From positions 864,001 through 928,000 of the forward strand of contig CAWIIP010000004.1 of the NCBI GenBank assembly GCA_963836235.1: DNA of 64,000 bases. Reading direction: 5' to 3'. The first letter of the stretch is position 1; each line of letters starts with the position of its first letter. Position numbers and translations under genes: made by a program. Below the pieces are notes generated by a model. The model was not told the origin of the DNA and did no database searches. It was given only the letters and a program-made list of their open reading frames with translations. Shown piece after piece: positions 19,544 through 30,071 of the stretch. Source of the stretch: an uncultured Pseudomonadota bacterium. GTDB lineage: Bacteria > Oederibacteriota > Muellerivitia > Muellerivitales > Muellerivitaceae.

Positions 19544-20041
19544 ATGGCTAAGAAATTTCAGTTTCGGTTAGAACAAGTTTTGAACCTGCGCAAACAAATT
19601 GAAGAGGTTCGAGTCCGTGAGTTGGCTCAAGCTCAAGGGCAACTTTTAAGAATAGAGGAGTCCATTAAAGCTCATGCGGTTGAGGAATTGAATTTTTTGA
19701 AGAATTACGGTGATTTTGAAAAAAACGGTGAATTCAATGTCGATGAGGTAATGACTTATTGTGATTTTAAAGAATGGCTTTTACGGCAAGAAAAAGAATA
19801 TCGGCGTCGTGAGAGGGAATGGATAATTGCGGTTGAGCAACGTCGCCAAGAGGTTGTTAGGGCTTCCCGGGCAAGGCGGTTATTGGAAAATTTGAAAGAA
19901 AAACAGTTGAAAATTTATTCCCAAGAAGTTTTGGGCGAAGAAAAAAGATTTTTAGATGAGATTTCTTCGATTGCATTTGTCCGGCATAACCGGGCTCAAA
20001 AAGCCGTCAATGCCAACACAGCTGAAAAATTGAGGAGGTGA
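19544..20041 (+). CDS. fliJ: Flagellar export protein FliJ
   Basis: FQFRLEQVLNLR, coiled coil, LDE near C-terminus; follows fliI. Confidence 0.88.
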   Translation: MAKKFQFRLEQVLNLRKQIEEVRVRELAQAQGQLLRIEESIKAHAVEELNFLKNYGDFEKNGEFNVDEVMTYCDFKEWLLRQEKEYRRREREWIIAVEQRRQEVVRASRARRLLENLKEKQLKIYSQEVLGEEKRFLDEISSIAFVRHNRAQKAVNANTAEKLRR

Positions 20042-20045
20042 TATT

Positions 20046-20858
20046 GTGGATACAGCAACAGTCATAGGGCTTTTCGTAGCCTGGTTCGGGATCGGGTTTG
20101 GGGCTTGGTGGGAAGAGGTGCCTGCCCATCTCATTTTTAACTTGTCCGCTTTTTTTATCGTTGCGGTTGGTGCAGCTGGCGCCACAATCATAAGTTTTCC
20201 TCTCGATAACATCAAAGAAACTTGGGCAATTACAAAGAAAGCCTTTAAAAAGCAAGAGCTGGATCCTGGAGCAATTGTAGCCCAATTGGTAGGTTTTGCC
20301 ACTAAAGCGCGTCGCGAAGGTTTGTTGGGTTTGGAAGAAGAGGCAGAAGCTATACAAGATCCATTTTTGAAAAAGGGCTTGCAGTTGGTTGTAGATGGTA
20401 CCGATATTGAAATGATTAGAAATATTATGGAAACGGACATCGCATTTTTGGAATCTAGGCATAAAATAGGAGAAAGTATTTTTGGGACATTTGGTGGGTT
20501 TTCCCCAACGTTAGGAATTATTGGAACCGTCATGGGTCTTGTTCACGCTCTGGGTTCCTTCGGTGCCGGTGGAACTGATCCGGCAACCTTGGTTGCTTCT
20601 ATTGCTACGGCTTTCGTTGCGACTTTTTATGGAATTTCATTCGCTAATCTCATCTTTCTGCCTATCTCCTTTAAGTTGAAACAAAATAGTCAACAAGAAG
20701 TGCTGCTGAGAGAAGTGATGTTAGAAGGAATCTTAGCAATCTCGGCTGGTGATAATCCACGTATTGTGGAAGAGAAGCTTAAGGCTTTCTTGCCCCCCCG
20801 AATAAAGCTTGATATGGAAGCTCAGCAAAAGGCGGGCGAGGGTAAAGAAGAGGAATAG
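20046..20858 (+). CDS. motA: Flagellar stator protein MotA
   Basis: ARREGLLGLE, GLQLVVDG, PTLGIIGTVMGL, AFVATFYG. Confidence 0.96.
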   Translation: MDTATVIGLFVAWFGIGFGAWWEEVPAHLIFNLSAFFIVAVGAAGATIISFPLDNIKETWAITKKAFKKQELDPGAIVAQLVGFATKARREGLLGLEEEAEAIQDPFLKKGLQLVVDGTDIEMIRNIMETDIAFLESRHKIGESIFGTFGGFSPTLGIIGTVMGLVHALGSFGAGGTDPATLVASIATAFVATFYGISFANLIFLPISFKLKQNSQQEVLLREVMLEGILAISAGDNPRIVEEKLKAFLPPRIKLDMEAQQKAGEGKEEE

Positions 20859-20894
20859 ACGTTTAATTTAAAAGGTAATTCATTTAGGAGATAG

Positions 20895-21674
20895 TTGATG
20901 CCGAAACGTAAAAAAGGCGGCCATGAAGCGGGGCTGGAAATGGAGTCGGGAGGCATGATGCGTTGGCTTCTGACCTATGCCGATTTGATTACGCTTCTTT
21001 TGGCGATGTTCGTTATTTTGTACGCGACGGCGTCTACCAAAAGCACGGTTGTTTTACAGGAAATGATGGCTCAATTTCGAGCAGTATTTGGTCCTATTCC
21101 GGGAAACACGACTATTTTACCATCCCAAAGTTCAAATCCGGGCGAGAATTACAAGATTATTCCTGGAGAACCAAGAGAGGGTGGGCCTGTCGGTGGTTCC
21201 GCGCGGCCTACTCCGGTTTCCTTGGGAGAAATCGTGGGATCCAAACATCCTGCATTTCAACGTTTATTGGGGGCAAATAAAGTATCTATTCGTAAAGAAG
21301 CCAGAGGTTTGGTGATAAGTCTTTTAACAGATAAAGTTTTATTTGATTTGGGTGATGCCCATATCAAACCTGAAATGCATGAGGTCTTAAACGACATTGC
21401 GGACATCCTGAAAAAACAGCAAAACAAGAAAATTGCCGTGGAGGGTCATACGGACGATTTAGCCATTACGACTTCCAGAATACCCAGTAATTGGGAACTT
21501 TCGGCTTTGCGTGCTACCGCCGTGGTAAAGTATTTTGTAATGGAAAAAGGCTTAGATCCCAGTAGGTTTTCTGCGGCGGGATATGCCGAGTTTCAGCCTT
21601 TGGTTCCTAACATCAGTGAAGCGAACCGTCGGATAAACCGTCGGGTCGACATAGTCATCATGAATTTGAATTAG
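20895..21674 (+). CDS. motB: Flagellar stator protein MotB
   Basis: WLLTYADLITLLLAMF, VEGHTD, NWELSALRA, NRRVDI. Confidence 0.96.
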   Translation: MMPKRKKGGHEAGLEMESGGMMRWLLTYADLITLLLAMFVILYATASTKSTVVLQEMMAQFRAVFGPIPGNTTILPSQSSNPGENYKIIPGEPREGGPVGGSARPTPVSLGEIVGSKHPAFQRLLGANKVSIRKEARGLVISLLTDKVLFDLGDAHIKPEMHEVLNDIADILKKQQNKKIAVEGHTDDLAITTSRIPSNWELSALRATAVVKYFVMEKGLDPSRFSAAGYAEFQPLVPNISEANRRINRRVDIVIMNLN

Positions 21675-21690
21675 TAAATCAAAAGGAGGG

Positions 21691-22173
21691 GTGAAAATGG
21701 CAGATCAAGGAGAAAGGGGAGTACGTGGATTATTGGGTGCTTTATTGGTCATCAGCGGAATTACTCTGTTAGGAATGGTAGGCCTGGGAATTCTCGTTTT
21801 TACGAAGCTTGGAACGGTGACGGATGCCAAAAAAGAAGCGAAAGTCATCGAACAGAAGCCCGAGCCAGGTAAAATTTACGATTTAGGAACTTTTATTGTA
21901 AATTTAGCTGATGAAGAGGCTTCTCGGTATGTTCGCGCTCAAGTTCAGTTGGAATATAGCCAAGTTAACCAGGAATTGGATAAGGAAATAAAGGAACGAG
22001 ACGCTCAATTTAAGGATCTGGTCAACACCCTTTTGAGTGACCGCAAAGCGATGGAATTATCAACATCTGAAGGCAAAGAAGAGTTCCGTCGGGAATTACA
22101 ATTGAAAATAAACGAGGCTCTGAAATTCGGGGCGGTAACTAATGTTTACTTAACCCAGTTTGCCATACAATAA
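21691..22173 (+). CDS. fliL: Flagellar basal body-associated protein FliL
   Basis: N-terminal TM, FIVNLAD, EGKEEFR, VYLTQFAIQ. Confidence 0.92.
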   Translation: MKMADQGERGVRGLLGALLVISGITLLGMVGLGILVFTKLGTVTDAKKEAKVIEQKPEPGKIYDLGTFIVNLADEEASRYVRAQVQLEYSQVNQELDKEIKERDAQFKDLVNTLLSDRKAMELSTSEGKEEFRRELQLKINEALKFGAVTNVYLTQFAIQ

Positions 22174-22211
22174 TGAAAAGGTTGTCTAATTAAGTAAAAG
22201 AGGAAAATGTT

Positions 22212-23243
22212 ATGGACGATTTATTATCGGATGGTGAGGTAAGCGCTCTTCTATCTGAATTGGATGTTGGGATGACGGGAGAATCAAGTTCTGAATCCTC
22301 TGCGGCAATTGCGTCGACCCCGGAGGCTGGGATCATTGTTGATGAGCAAGGCCGAAAAATTAAATCTTATGATTTTAATCGACCTAATCGCTTTTCCAAA
22401 GATCATATGCGCACGTTGGAAATGTTGCATGAGATATTTTCACGTGGGTTTACGGCTTCGGTGGCGGCCTATTTGCGAACGGTTGCCGAGATTAAAGTTG
22501 TATCGGTTTCCCAATTACCGTTTAGGGAATACACCATGTCGCTGCCACGGCCTGATTGTATTTTTGTTTTAAAAATGGAGCCGTTGGATGGATCGTTTCT
22601 CTTGGAAATGAACCCAGAATTGGTTTTAACATTAATTGATAGAATATTAGGAGGCCCGGGCAAAGCATCGATTGCTCCACGAGAATTGACATTAATTGAG
22701 CAATCAGTCATCGAGAAAATCCTTAACAGAGGGATGGAAGCCCTTCAAGAAGCTTGGTTAAAGGTTGGCCATTTTCAACCTAAATTGACTGGCTATGAAA
22801 CAACGGCTCAGTTCGTTCAAATTGTGGCCCCGAGTGAGATTACGGCGGTTATTGAATTTGAAGTCAAACTTAACGAAGTGACGGGCAAAATGTCGATGTG
22901 TATTCCTTATGTTGTTTTAGAACCTATCATCGGCGATCTTTCGGCCCAAAAGTGGTTTACCGTTGGGAAAAAAGAATCCACGGCTGAAACGGTGGAAAAT
23001 TTGACAAAGGTTATGAAAGAAACCACGATTCCCATCGTGGTTCGGGCTGGTGCAGCTCGAATTACGATTCAAGAAATGCTTCGTCTTAAGCCGGGGGATG
23101 TAATTCGCTTGAATACGAGCCCGAGAAATGAAATTGATGTATTAATTGAAAATTTGGTGAAACTTAAAGGTCGCCCCGGTGTCTCCTCTAAAAAGAAGGC
23201 TCTTCAAGTGACCAGAGTTTTTTCTCCGGATGATAAACTTTAA
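22212..23243 (+). CDS. fliM: Flagellar motor switch protein FliM
   Basis: YDFNRPNRFSKD, DRILGGPG, RELTLIE, CIPYVVLEPI, SpoA C-terminus. Confidence 0.95.
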   Translation: MDDLLSDGEVSALLSELDVGMTGESSSESSAAIASTPEAGIIVDEQGRKIKSYDFNRPNRFSKDHMRTLEMLHEIFSRGFTASVAAYLRTVAEIKVVSVSQLPFREYTMSLPRPDCIFVLKMEPLDGSFLLEMNPELVLTLIDRILGGPGKASIAPRELTLIEQSVIEKILNRGMEALQEAWLKVGHFQPKLTGYETTAQFVQIVAPSEITAVIEFEVKLNEVTGKMSMCIPYVVLEPIIGDLSAQKWFTVGKKESTAETVENLTKVMKETTIPIVVRAGAARITIQEMLRLKPGDVIRLNTSPRNEIDVLIENLVKLKGRPGVSSKKKALQVTRVFSPDDKL

Positions 23244-23256
23244 AAAAAGGTTTGCA

Positions 23257-24210
23257 ATGTCTGATATGGAAAAGCTTCAAAGTTTAGGTGAGGAAATCGC
23301 TGGAGAGCTTTCTCAAATCTTGAGCGGTCTTTTGGGTCGCGAGGTTTCGGTTGGTTTTTCTCAGGTTTCAGAAACAGATTCCATTGCTCTTGCTTCAACT
23401 TTGGATTCCTCTTATTTGTTTTCTGCATTGAAGGGCTCCGGCGGCGTGGATGGGACAGCTTTTTTGTTGACAAATGAGAAAGAGTCGTCAGTTATTGCTG
23501 ATTTGCTCATTGGTCAGGATGGGACGAGCGCGCCGGAAAAAATGACTGAACTTCATCTTTCGGCTTTCGGAGAAGTGATACATCAAATCGTCGAAGTTTT
23601 TACAAAAGGTGGAAAAAAGTTAGCTGGTTCAAAAGTTCTTTGGGAAGTAGTAAATACCGCAGCTGTTGATCCGGTGAGGGCTGTGCAGCGTTTGTCCCAA
23701 GTTAGCTCTGCTTGGACTGTTTTTTCTTTCGGTGTTTTTGTCCAAGATCTTTTTTCTAGTAATTTGTTGTTTTGTATTTCCGGGCCGGTTGCATCAAGAC
23801 TTGTTTCTGGAACGGAAAAACCGGCGGCTAGTATGCCTGTCGGCAAGGTTCAAACCGGTGTTTCTAATCTAAACACCCAATCGCCAGTAGGAGGTACTGT
23901 AATGCAACAGCTTGAAAATGATTTTTCTGGATCGGCACGGCCAACGGGAGGAAATATTGGTCTCTTGTTGGATGTTCCTTTAAAACTTACGGTTGAACTT
24001 GGAAGAACGACTAAATTAGTGAAAGAAATTTTGGCTCTCGCACCGGGATCAGTAGTGGAATTAGATAAGCTTGCTGGTGAAGCTGTGGACATCTTGGTCA
24101 ATGAAAAATTGATAGCCAAGGGAGAAGTGGTTGTGATCGATGAAAATTTTGGAGTTCGAATCACCGAAATCATCAATCCTGAGGAACGGTTGACCGCGGT
24201 CCAGGCTTGA
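23257..24210 (+). CDS. fliY: Flagellar switch protein FliY/FliN (CheC-like N-domain + SpoA domain)
   Basis: LLLDVPLKLTVELGRT, GEVVVIDENFGVRIT; N-terminal CheC-like region; ATG 23257 preferred. Confidence 0.85.
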   Translation: MSDMEKLQSLGEEIAGELSQILSGLLGREVSVGFSQVSETDSIALASTLDSSYLFSALKGSGGVDGTAFLLTNEKESSVIADLLIGQDGTSAPEKMTELHLSAFGEVIHQIVEVFTKGGKKLAGSKVLWEVVNTAAVDPVRAVQRLSQVSSAWTVFSFGVFVQDLFSSNLLFCISGPVASRLVSGTEKPAASMPVGKVQTGVSNLNTQSPVGGTVMQQLENDFSGSARPTGGNIGLLLDVPLKLTVELGRTTKLVKEILALAPGSVVELDKLAGEAVDILVNEKLIAKGEVVVIDENFGVRITEIINPEERLTAVQA

Positions 24211-24238
24211 AAAGAGTCGAAAGAACGGCTCAAACCCC

Positions 24239-24931
24239 ATGCCAAAAAAAAATTATTCTTATACAACCCATTTAAATTATTTGTTTATATTGGGGTTGAT
24301 ACTGAGCGCCATTTTTTTTCAAACTGTTTTTTTTTCTAAAGCTTACGCCCTCGATTCAGACAGCCGAATTTTTGGTCTAAATAAAAATGCTGATCCCTCC
24401 TCGGCAAATGAAAGCCAATCTTTGGCTTTACCCGACGAAACTCCTAATCCTACTCCGAGCCTTTTTGCCACTTTGTCACGTCTTTTAGTAGCTCTTGTAG
24501 TCATTATTGGCTTAATTGTATTTACGGTTTGGAGTTTGAAAGTTGTTTGGGAAAAAAGAGGCTGGAATCAATTCTCGGAAGAAGGTAAATCGCTTAAGGT
24601 TTTAACGTCCATTTATATTGCGCCCCGAAAGGCCATTTATCTTATCGAAGTGGGAAACCGCATCTTAGTAGTTGGAGCTGGAAACGAGGAGATGAATTGT
24701 TTGGACGTTATTCGGAATATCGAAGAGGTAAATGCTTTGCGGCAGTCCACTGCACAGGGGTTTCCAAAAATTTTTAATCAAATTGCAAAACGACACGAAA
24801 CGATAGATCAAGAAATAGAAACTCAAAAAATAATTAAAGAAAGTAATCAAGTTGTTGGTGAGTATGTGAATAAGTTAAAAAACATGAAAAAAAAGAAAGC
24901 TGCGCCTGATAGAACGGATGGTGAGTCTTGA
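24239..24931 (+). CDS. fliO: Flagellar biosynthesis protein FliO/FliZ
   Basis: TM segment then LKVLTSIYIAPRKAIYLIEVGNRILVVG; lies between fliY and fliP. Confidence 0.85.
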   Translation: MPKKNYSYTTHLNYLFILGLILSAIFFQTVFFSKAYALDSDSRIFGLNKNADPSSANESQSLALPDETPNPTPSLFATLSRLLVALVVIIGLIVFTVWSLKVVWEKRGWNQFSEEGKSLKVLTSIYIAPRKAIYLIEVGNRILVVGAGNEEMNCLDVIRNIEEVNALRQSTAQGFPKIFNQIAKRHETIDQEIETQKIIKESNQVVGEYVNKLKNMKKKKAAPDRTDGES

Positions 24932-25683
24932 AATTTAGAATGATTATTTTTTTTGTTTTAATTCTTTTTTTGTTTTGCATTCCGATTTCTTCTTTGAGTG
25001 CTGCGGATATTCCATTTCCAACAATCCGGTTAGGTTTTGATCAAGCGAAGAATCCGCAGGATGTCGCAATGAGCATCCAGATATTGTTGGTTCTAACTGT
25101 TTTGTCTTTGGCACCAGCAATCTTGATCATGACGACCTCCTTTACCCGAATTATTATTATTTTATCATTTTTGCGACAAGGTCTGGCGACGCAACAAGTT
25201 CCACCGAATCAAGTTTTGATTGGGTTGGCTCTTTTTTTAACATTTTTTACCATGCAGCCTACCTTCGAGCGGATTGATCAAGACGCTGTAACTCCGTATT
25301 TGGCCGGTAAACTTGGGACTGCGGAGGCGTTTAAAAAGGCGGAAGATCCTTTGCGCCAATTTATGTTCAAACAAGTTCGTGAAAAAGATTTGGCTCTTTT
25401 TGTTGCTTTGTCCAAATCGAGTCGGCCACGGACACCCGCCGATATATCGACTTGGGTTCTTATACCGGCATTCGTTATTGGGGAATTGAAAAAATCATTT
25501 GAGATGGGCTTTATTATCTTTGTTCCGTTTCTGATCATTGATATGGTGGTCGCTTCTGTTTTGATGTCGATGGGTATGTTGATGCTTCCGCCAGTTTTGA
25601 TTTCATTACCCTTTAAAATATTGCTTTTCATTATGGTAGATGGTTGGAACTTAATAGTTCGCTCTATCGCATTGAGTTTTTGA
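24928..25683 (+). CDS. fliP: Flagellar export gate protein FliP
   Basis: LTVLSLAPAILIMTTSFTR, PPNQVL, PFLIIDMVVASVLMSMGM, VDGW. Confidence 0.98.
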   Translation: MKFRMIIFFVLILFLFCIPISSLSAADIPFPTIRLGFDQAKNPQDVAMSIQILLVLTVLSLAPAILIMTTSFTRIIIILSFLRQGLATQQVPPNQVLIGLALFLTFFTMQPTFERIDQDAVTPYLAGKLGTAEAFKKAEDPLRQFMFKQVREKDLALFVALSKSSRPRTPADISTWVLIPAFVIGELKKSFEMGFIIFVPFLIIDMVVASVLMSMGMLMLPPVLISLPFKILLFIMVDGWNLIVRSIALSF

Positions 25684-25698
25684 TCACCCGAGGTTCAA

Positions 25699-25968
25699 AT
25701 GACAGTTGAATTTATTGCCGATCTTGCTAATCGCGCTCTTTGGATAACGCTTCTTGTTTCTGCCCCTATTTTGGGTCTAGGTTTAGCCGTGGGCGTTGCG
25801 GTATCCATTTTTCAGGCGGTTACACAGATTCAAGAAATGACGTTGACATTTATTCCCAAAATAGTGGCCATTTTTATGGCGATTCTTATTTTTGGTAAAT
25901 GGATGATGCTAATTCTTTTGAACTTTACTTCGAATTTGTGGATTAATCTTCCCAACTACGTGAAGTGA
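25699..25968 (+). CDS. fliQ: Flagellar export gate protein FliQ
   Basis: SIFQAVTQIQEMTLTFIPKI. Confidence 0.97.
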   Translation: MTVEFIADLANRALWITLLVSAPILGLGLAVGVAVSIFQAVTQIQEMTLTFIPKIVAIFMAILIFGKWMMLILLNFTSNLWINLPNYVK

Positions 25969-25975
25969 GGACTGC

Positions 25976-26761
25976 GTGCCTATAAACCCATTTGATTTCA
26001 ACCCGAAAGATGTATTGGCTTTTGTTTTGATTTTTATGAGGGTTGCTGGTTTATTTTTATCCGCACCAGTTTTTAGTAGTCGTAATATTCCTGTTATGGT
26101 TAAGGCTTCTTGGATTTTGGTTGTTACCTTTCTCATTTTTCCAGTGGTGGATTTTAAAATTGAAACTTTACCTATCCCAGGACTTCCGCTAGGTTTTGCG
26201 GTCGTAAGAGAACTACTGGTTGGTTTTTCCATTGGGATGGGAGCAACTCTTGTTTTTACGGGGATCCAGTTTGCCGGGCAGATTGTCGATATTCAAATGG
26301 GACTAGGTATGGTCAATATTATTGATCCGCTTACTAGTACGCAAATATCTATTATGGGCCAGTACTATTATATGATTGCCACCATGGTGTTTATGGCTTC
26401 GGACGGTGACCATCTTCTTTTAAAGGGAATAGTGGATAGTTTTGGAATAATCCCACTGGGTCAAGCTCATCTTTCAGTTGCACTGGGAACGAAAATGATG
26501 AGCCTTTTTTCCCAAGTTTTTTTTATCGCTTTTCGGATCGGGGCACCAGTAATAGGCGCGCTTTTTATAACGAATATGGCTTTAGGAATAGTTGCCCGTA
26601 CGGTTCCACAAATGAACGTTTTCATTGTTGGAATGCCTTTGAACTTGGCTGTCGGATTGCTTATTACGGCTGTATCGATGAGTTTTTTTACGTTTATGAT
26701 GCAAGGGTTGTTTAAGGGGATGTATCGGGACTTGGCAGTTTTAGTCCAAACCATGCGGTAA
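25976..26761 (+). CDS. fliR: Flagellar export gate protein FliR
   Basis: AGQIVDIQMGLG, ARTVPQMNVFIVGMP. Confidence 0.97.
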   Translation: MPINPFDFNPKDVLAFVLIFMRVAGLFLSAPVFSSRNIPVMVKASWILVVTFLIFPVVDFKIETLPIPGLPLGFAVVRELLVGFSIGMGATLVFTGIQFAGQIVDIQMGLGMVNIIDPLTSTQISIMGQYYYMIATMVFMASDGDHLLLKGIVDSFGIIPLGQAHLSVALGTKMMSLFSQVFFIAFRIGAPVIGALFITNMALGIVARTVPQMNVFIVGMPLNLAVGLLITAVSMSFFTFMMQGLFKGMYRDLAVLVQTMR

Positions 26762-26786
26762 CATTTAACTTTAAGCGAAAGAACTA

Positions 26787-27860
26787 ATGGCAGACCCATC
26801 GCGTAGTGAAAAAGCGACTCCGAAACGTAAGCAAGAGGCCAGAGAAAAGGGTCAAATTGCTCGTTCCGTTGAGGTTAACTCCGCTCTTGTTCTTTTAGCG
26901 GCTTTATCCGCTTTTCGATATGGTGGGCCTTATATGATTGACTCGATAAATAACCTTGCTGTTTTTACTTATCAAAATATGAACACTTCTTTTGGCATGG
27001 AAAATATATATTCCATGGCGCTCTTTTATATGTGGCAAGTTTTCAAAATTATTGCGCCTGTTTTAGGTACTGTTTTAGCGGTTGGATTGTTGATCAATTA
27101 CCTACAAGTCGGTGTTTTATTCAGCTTGAAACCTTTAACGCCAAAATTGAGCAACATTAATCCAATTGGAGGATTTCAAAAATTATTTTCTCGAAGATCA
27201 GCGATTGAAATTTTGAAATCGCTTTTGAAGTTATCAATTATCGGCGGCATTGCCTATTGGGGGGTTAAAAACGCATTACCAGAATTAGTGCCGACGATGG
27301 ACATGCAGGGCGCTGCGGCTTTAGGTTTCGTTGGTGCTTTGACAATGAAAATTTTGAACTGGATTATTTTCACCTTAATGGCCCTTGCTCTTTTAGATTA
27401 TTTTTATCAAAGATGGGAATATGATCAAAGCCTAATGATGACAAAACAGGAAATTAGGGATGAATTTAAGCAATCCGAAGGCGACCCAATGATTAAAGCC
27501 AGAATCCGACAGATTCAAAGGGAAATGGCCCGCCGTCGAATGTTTGAAGCTATTCCTCGAGCCGATGTAGTCATCACGAATCCAACTCACGTGGCTGTTG
27601 CTTTGGAATATAAAGAGGGAATGCAGGCTCCGATGATTATAGCAAAGGGAGAGCGGGTAATAGCTGAGCGAATAAAAGAAATGGCAAGAAAACATAATGT
27701 TCCAATCATTGAGAATCCTCCATTGGCGCGGGCACTTTTAAAACAATGCCCTGTCGGTGCTCCAATTTCACCTGATCTGTTTGAGGCTGTCGCGGAGGTG
27801 CTTGCTTTCGTTTATCGTATGAATAAAAGAAAATCCGAGACTTCTGAAGTTTTTTCATGA
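26787..27860 (+). CDS. flhB: Flagellar export switch protein FlhB
   Basis: EKATPKR, EGDPMIK, autocleavage motif NPTH. Confidence 0.98.
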   Translation: MADPSRSEKATPKRKQEAREKGQIARSVEVNSALVLLAALSAFRYGGPYMIDSINNLAVFTYQNMNTSFGMENIYSMALFYMWQVFKIIAPVLGTVLAVGLLINYLQVGVLFSLKPLTPKLSNINPIGGFQKLFSRRSAIEILKSLLKLSIIGGIAYWGVKNALPELVPTMDMQGAAALGFVGALTMKILNWIIFTLMALALLDYFYQRWEYDQSLMMTKQEIRDEFKQSEGDPMIKARIRQIQREMARRRMFEAIPRADVVITNPTHVAVALEYKEGMQAPMIIAKGERVIAERIKEMARKHNVPIIENPPLARALLKQCPVGAPISPDLFEAVAEVLAFVYRMNKRKSETSEVFS

Positions 27861-27983
27861 TAGAAATATGTTTAAAGCGTAGAAATGAATTAGTTAAAAG
27901 GATGAATGAACAAATTGAAAAATACAGTTACAATACTAGTTCATTTCAATATTAAGAAGACTCTTCATTATTAAGAGGAAGCC

Positions 27984-30071
27984 ATGGCAGAAGCAACAGC
28001 GATGAATACGATACAAAAAAACAGCGATCTTTTTGTTGCTTTCGTTGTAATTTTGTTTGTTTTAATGTTGATCATTCCGCTTCCGCCTATTTTTTTGGAT
28101 GTTTTAATTTCTTTCAATATAACGATGGCTTTGGTTGTGGCTTTAATCACAATGTATACTTTGGAACCATTACATTTTTCTATTTTTCCAACGCTGCTTT
28201 TAATTACCACCATTTTTCGTCTTGCTCTTAATATTTCAGCCACCCGTCTAATTCTTTTGCATGGAAGCGAAAGTTCTGCTGCGGCTGGTCGGGTGATCGA
28301 GACAGTGGGAAATTTTGTAGTTGGCGGTAGCTATTGGGTCGGTTTTGTCATTTTCTTGATTTTAATTATTGTTCAATTTGTTGTGATAACCAGTGGCTCG
28401 CAACGTGTTGCCGAGGTGGCGGCTCGATTCACATTAGATGCAATGCCAGGAAAGCAAATGGCTATAGATGCTGACCTCAATTCTGGATTGATTACGGACG
28501 ATCAGGCCAGAAAACGACGCAAAGAAGTTGAGCGAGAAGCGGATTTTTATGGTGCGATGGATGGTGCCAGTAAATTCGTACGGGGAGATTCCATTGCGGC
28601 AATCATAATCGTAATTGTCAATATTTTGGGTGGGTTAGCTGTTGGGTTCTTTAAAAGTGGAATGTCATTGGGGGAAATACTTCAACGGTATAGTCTTTTA
28701 ACTATCGGAGATGGACTTGCTACCCAGATACCTGCCTTGCTTTTATCGTTTGCGACCGGTGTTGTTGTTACGAGGGCAGCATCGGATAGTAATCTTGGAA
28801 CAGATTTGGTCCGTCAAATTATCTCCCAACCGAGAGCATTGTGGATTGCTTCTGCAGTTCTTTTTGGAGCTGGTCTTGTTCCTGGTTTGCCGCATTTTGC
28901 TTTTATTTTTATTTCTATTTTGACAGGATCTCTTGCTTATTTTGTTCAACAATCATTGAAAGAAGATCTAGAAGCTGTTGCCGAAAAAGAAAAAGCTCAG
29001 ATGGGTCCAGAAAAGAAGAAAGAGCCTGAAAACGTATCTTCTCTTCTTCAGGTAGATCATTTGGAAGTAGAGATTGGATACAGTCTCATTCCCTTGGTTG
29101 ATGAAGCCCAAGGTGGAGACCTTTTGGAAAGAATTACCGGTATTCGTCGGCAAATGGCCAGTGATTTGGGATTAGTTGTTCCGCCTATTCGAATTCGTGA
29201 CAACATGCAGTTACAACCATCCGAATATGTGATCAAAATTAAGGGTGTTGAAGTTTCAAAATGGAAAATAATGCCGGGGCATCTTTTGGCGATGTCAACT
29301 GGTTCGAATATGCCGAAAATTCAAGGGATCGAGACTAAAGAACCAACGTTCAATCTTATTTCTTATTGGATTACCGATGAGGAGAAAGGATTGGCAGAGC
29401 AAGCTGGTTATTCTGTAGTAGATGTATCTACGGTTATAGCCACTCATTTAACGGAAGTAATTAGAAATCAAGCCCATGAATTTTTGACTCGGCAAAGTGT
29501 TGCCAAATTAGTGGATACAGTTAAAAAAGAATCACCTGCGGTTGTGGATGAGCTGGTTCCGGCACAGCTGTCCATAGGAGATCTTCAGAAAATTCTTCAA
29601 AATCTTTTGAGAGAACATATTCCAATTAGGGATTTAGAAAGCATTCTTGAGGCAGTGGCCGATCACGTGCGTGAAACAAAGGATGTGCAGTTGTTGACGG
29701 AATATGCCCGTAAAGGTTTGGCAAGGTCAATTACTAAGTTGCACCAGGCAACGGATGGAAAAGTTTATGGGTTGACGTTGGATCCGCATCTTGAGAAAAG
29801 AATTATGGATTCGGTTCAAGCGGCCGAAAATGGAACTATTACAGCAATGGACCCCCGGTTTCTTCAACAAGTATTTAGAAGTCTTTCGTCAGGTATAGAG
29901 AAAATGGCTGGTTCTGGTCGTCAGCCTTTGGTCCTCTGCTCTCCAAATGTAAGACCGTATTTTAAAAAATTAATCGAACGGTTTATTCCGCATTTAACCG
30001 TTCTTTCTTTCAGCGAGCTTTTACCGAGAACTGAAATTCAGTCCTCGGGTGTGATTGAGGCTGGTGAATGA
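27984..30071 (+). CDS. flhA: Flagellar export protein FlhA
   Basis: RVAEVAARFTLDAMPGKQMAIDADL, FYGAMDGASKFV. Confidence 0.98.
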   Translation: MAEATAMNTIQKNSDLFVAFVVILFVLMLIIPLPPIFLDVLISFNITMALVVALITMYTLEPLHFSIFPTLLLITTIFRLALNISATRLILLHGSESSAAAGRVIETVGNFVVGGSYWVGFVIFLILIIVQFVVITSGSQRVAEVAARFTLDAMPGKQMAIDADLNSGLITDDQARKRRKEVEREADFYGAMDGASKFVRGDSIAAIIIVIVNILGGLAVGFFKSGMSLGEILQRYSLLTIGDGLATQIPALLLSFATGVVVTRAASDSNLGTDLVRQIISQPRALWIASAVLFGAGLVPGLPHFAFIFISILTGSLAYFVQQSLKEDLEAVAEKEKAQMGPEKKKEPENVSSLLQVDHLEVEIGYSLIPLVDEAQGGDLLERITGIRRQMASDLGLVVPPIRIRDNMQLQPSEYVIKIKGVEVSKWKIMPGHLLAMSTGSNMPKIQGIETKEPTFNLISYWITDEEKGLAEQAGYSVVDVSTVIATHLTEVIRNQAHEFLTRQSVAKLVDTVKKESPAVVDELVPAQLSIGDLQKILQNLLREHIPIRDLESILEAVADHVRETKDVQLLTEYARKGLARSITKLHQATDGKVYGLTLDPHLEKRIMDSVQAAENGTITAMDPRFLQQVFRSLSSGIEKMAGSGRQPLVLCSPNVRPYFKKLIERFIPHLTVLSFSELLPRTEIQSSGVIEAGE

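Noticed and set aside
20960-21030. MotB transmembrane residue as a predictor of H+ versus Na+ coupling
   Set aside because: The diagnostic position is Ile (FVILY), neither the usual Val nor Leu, so no call can be made.
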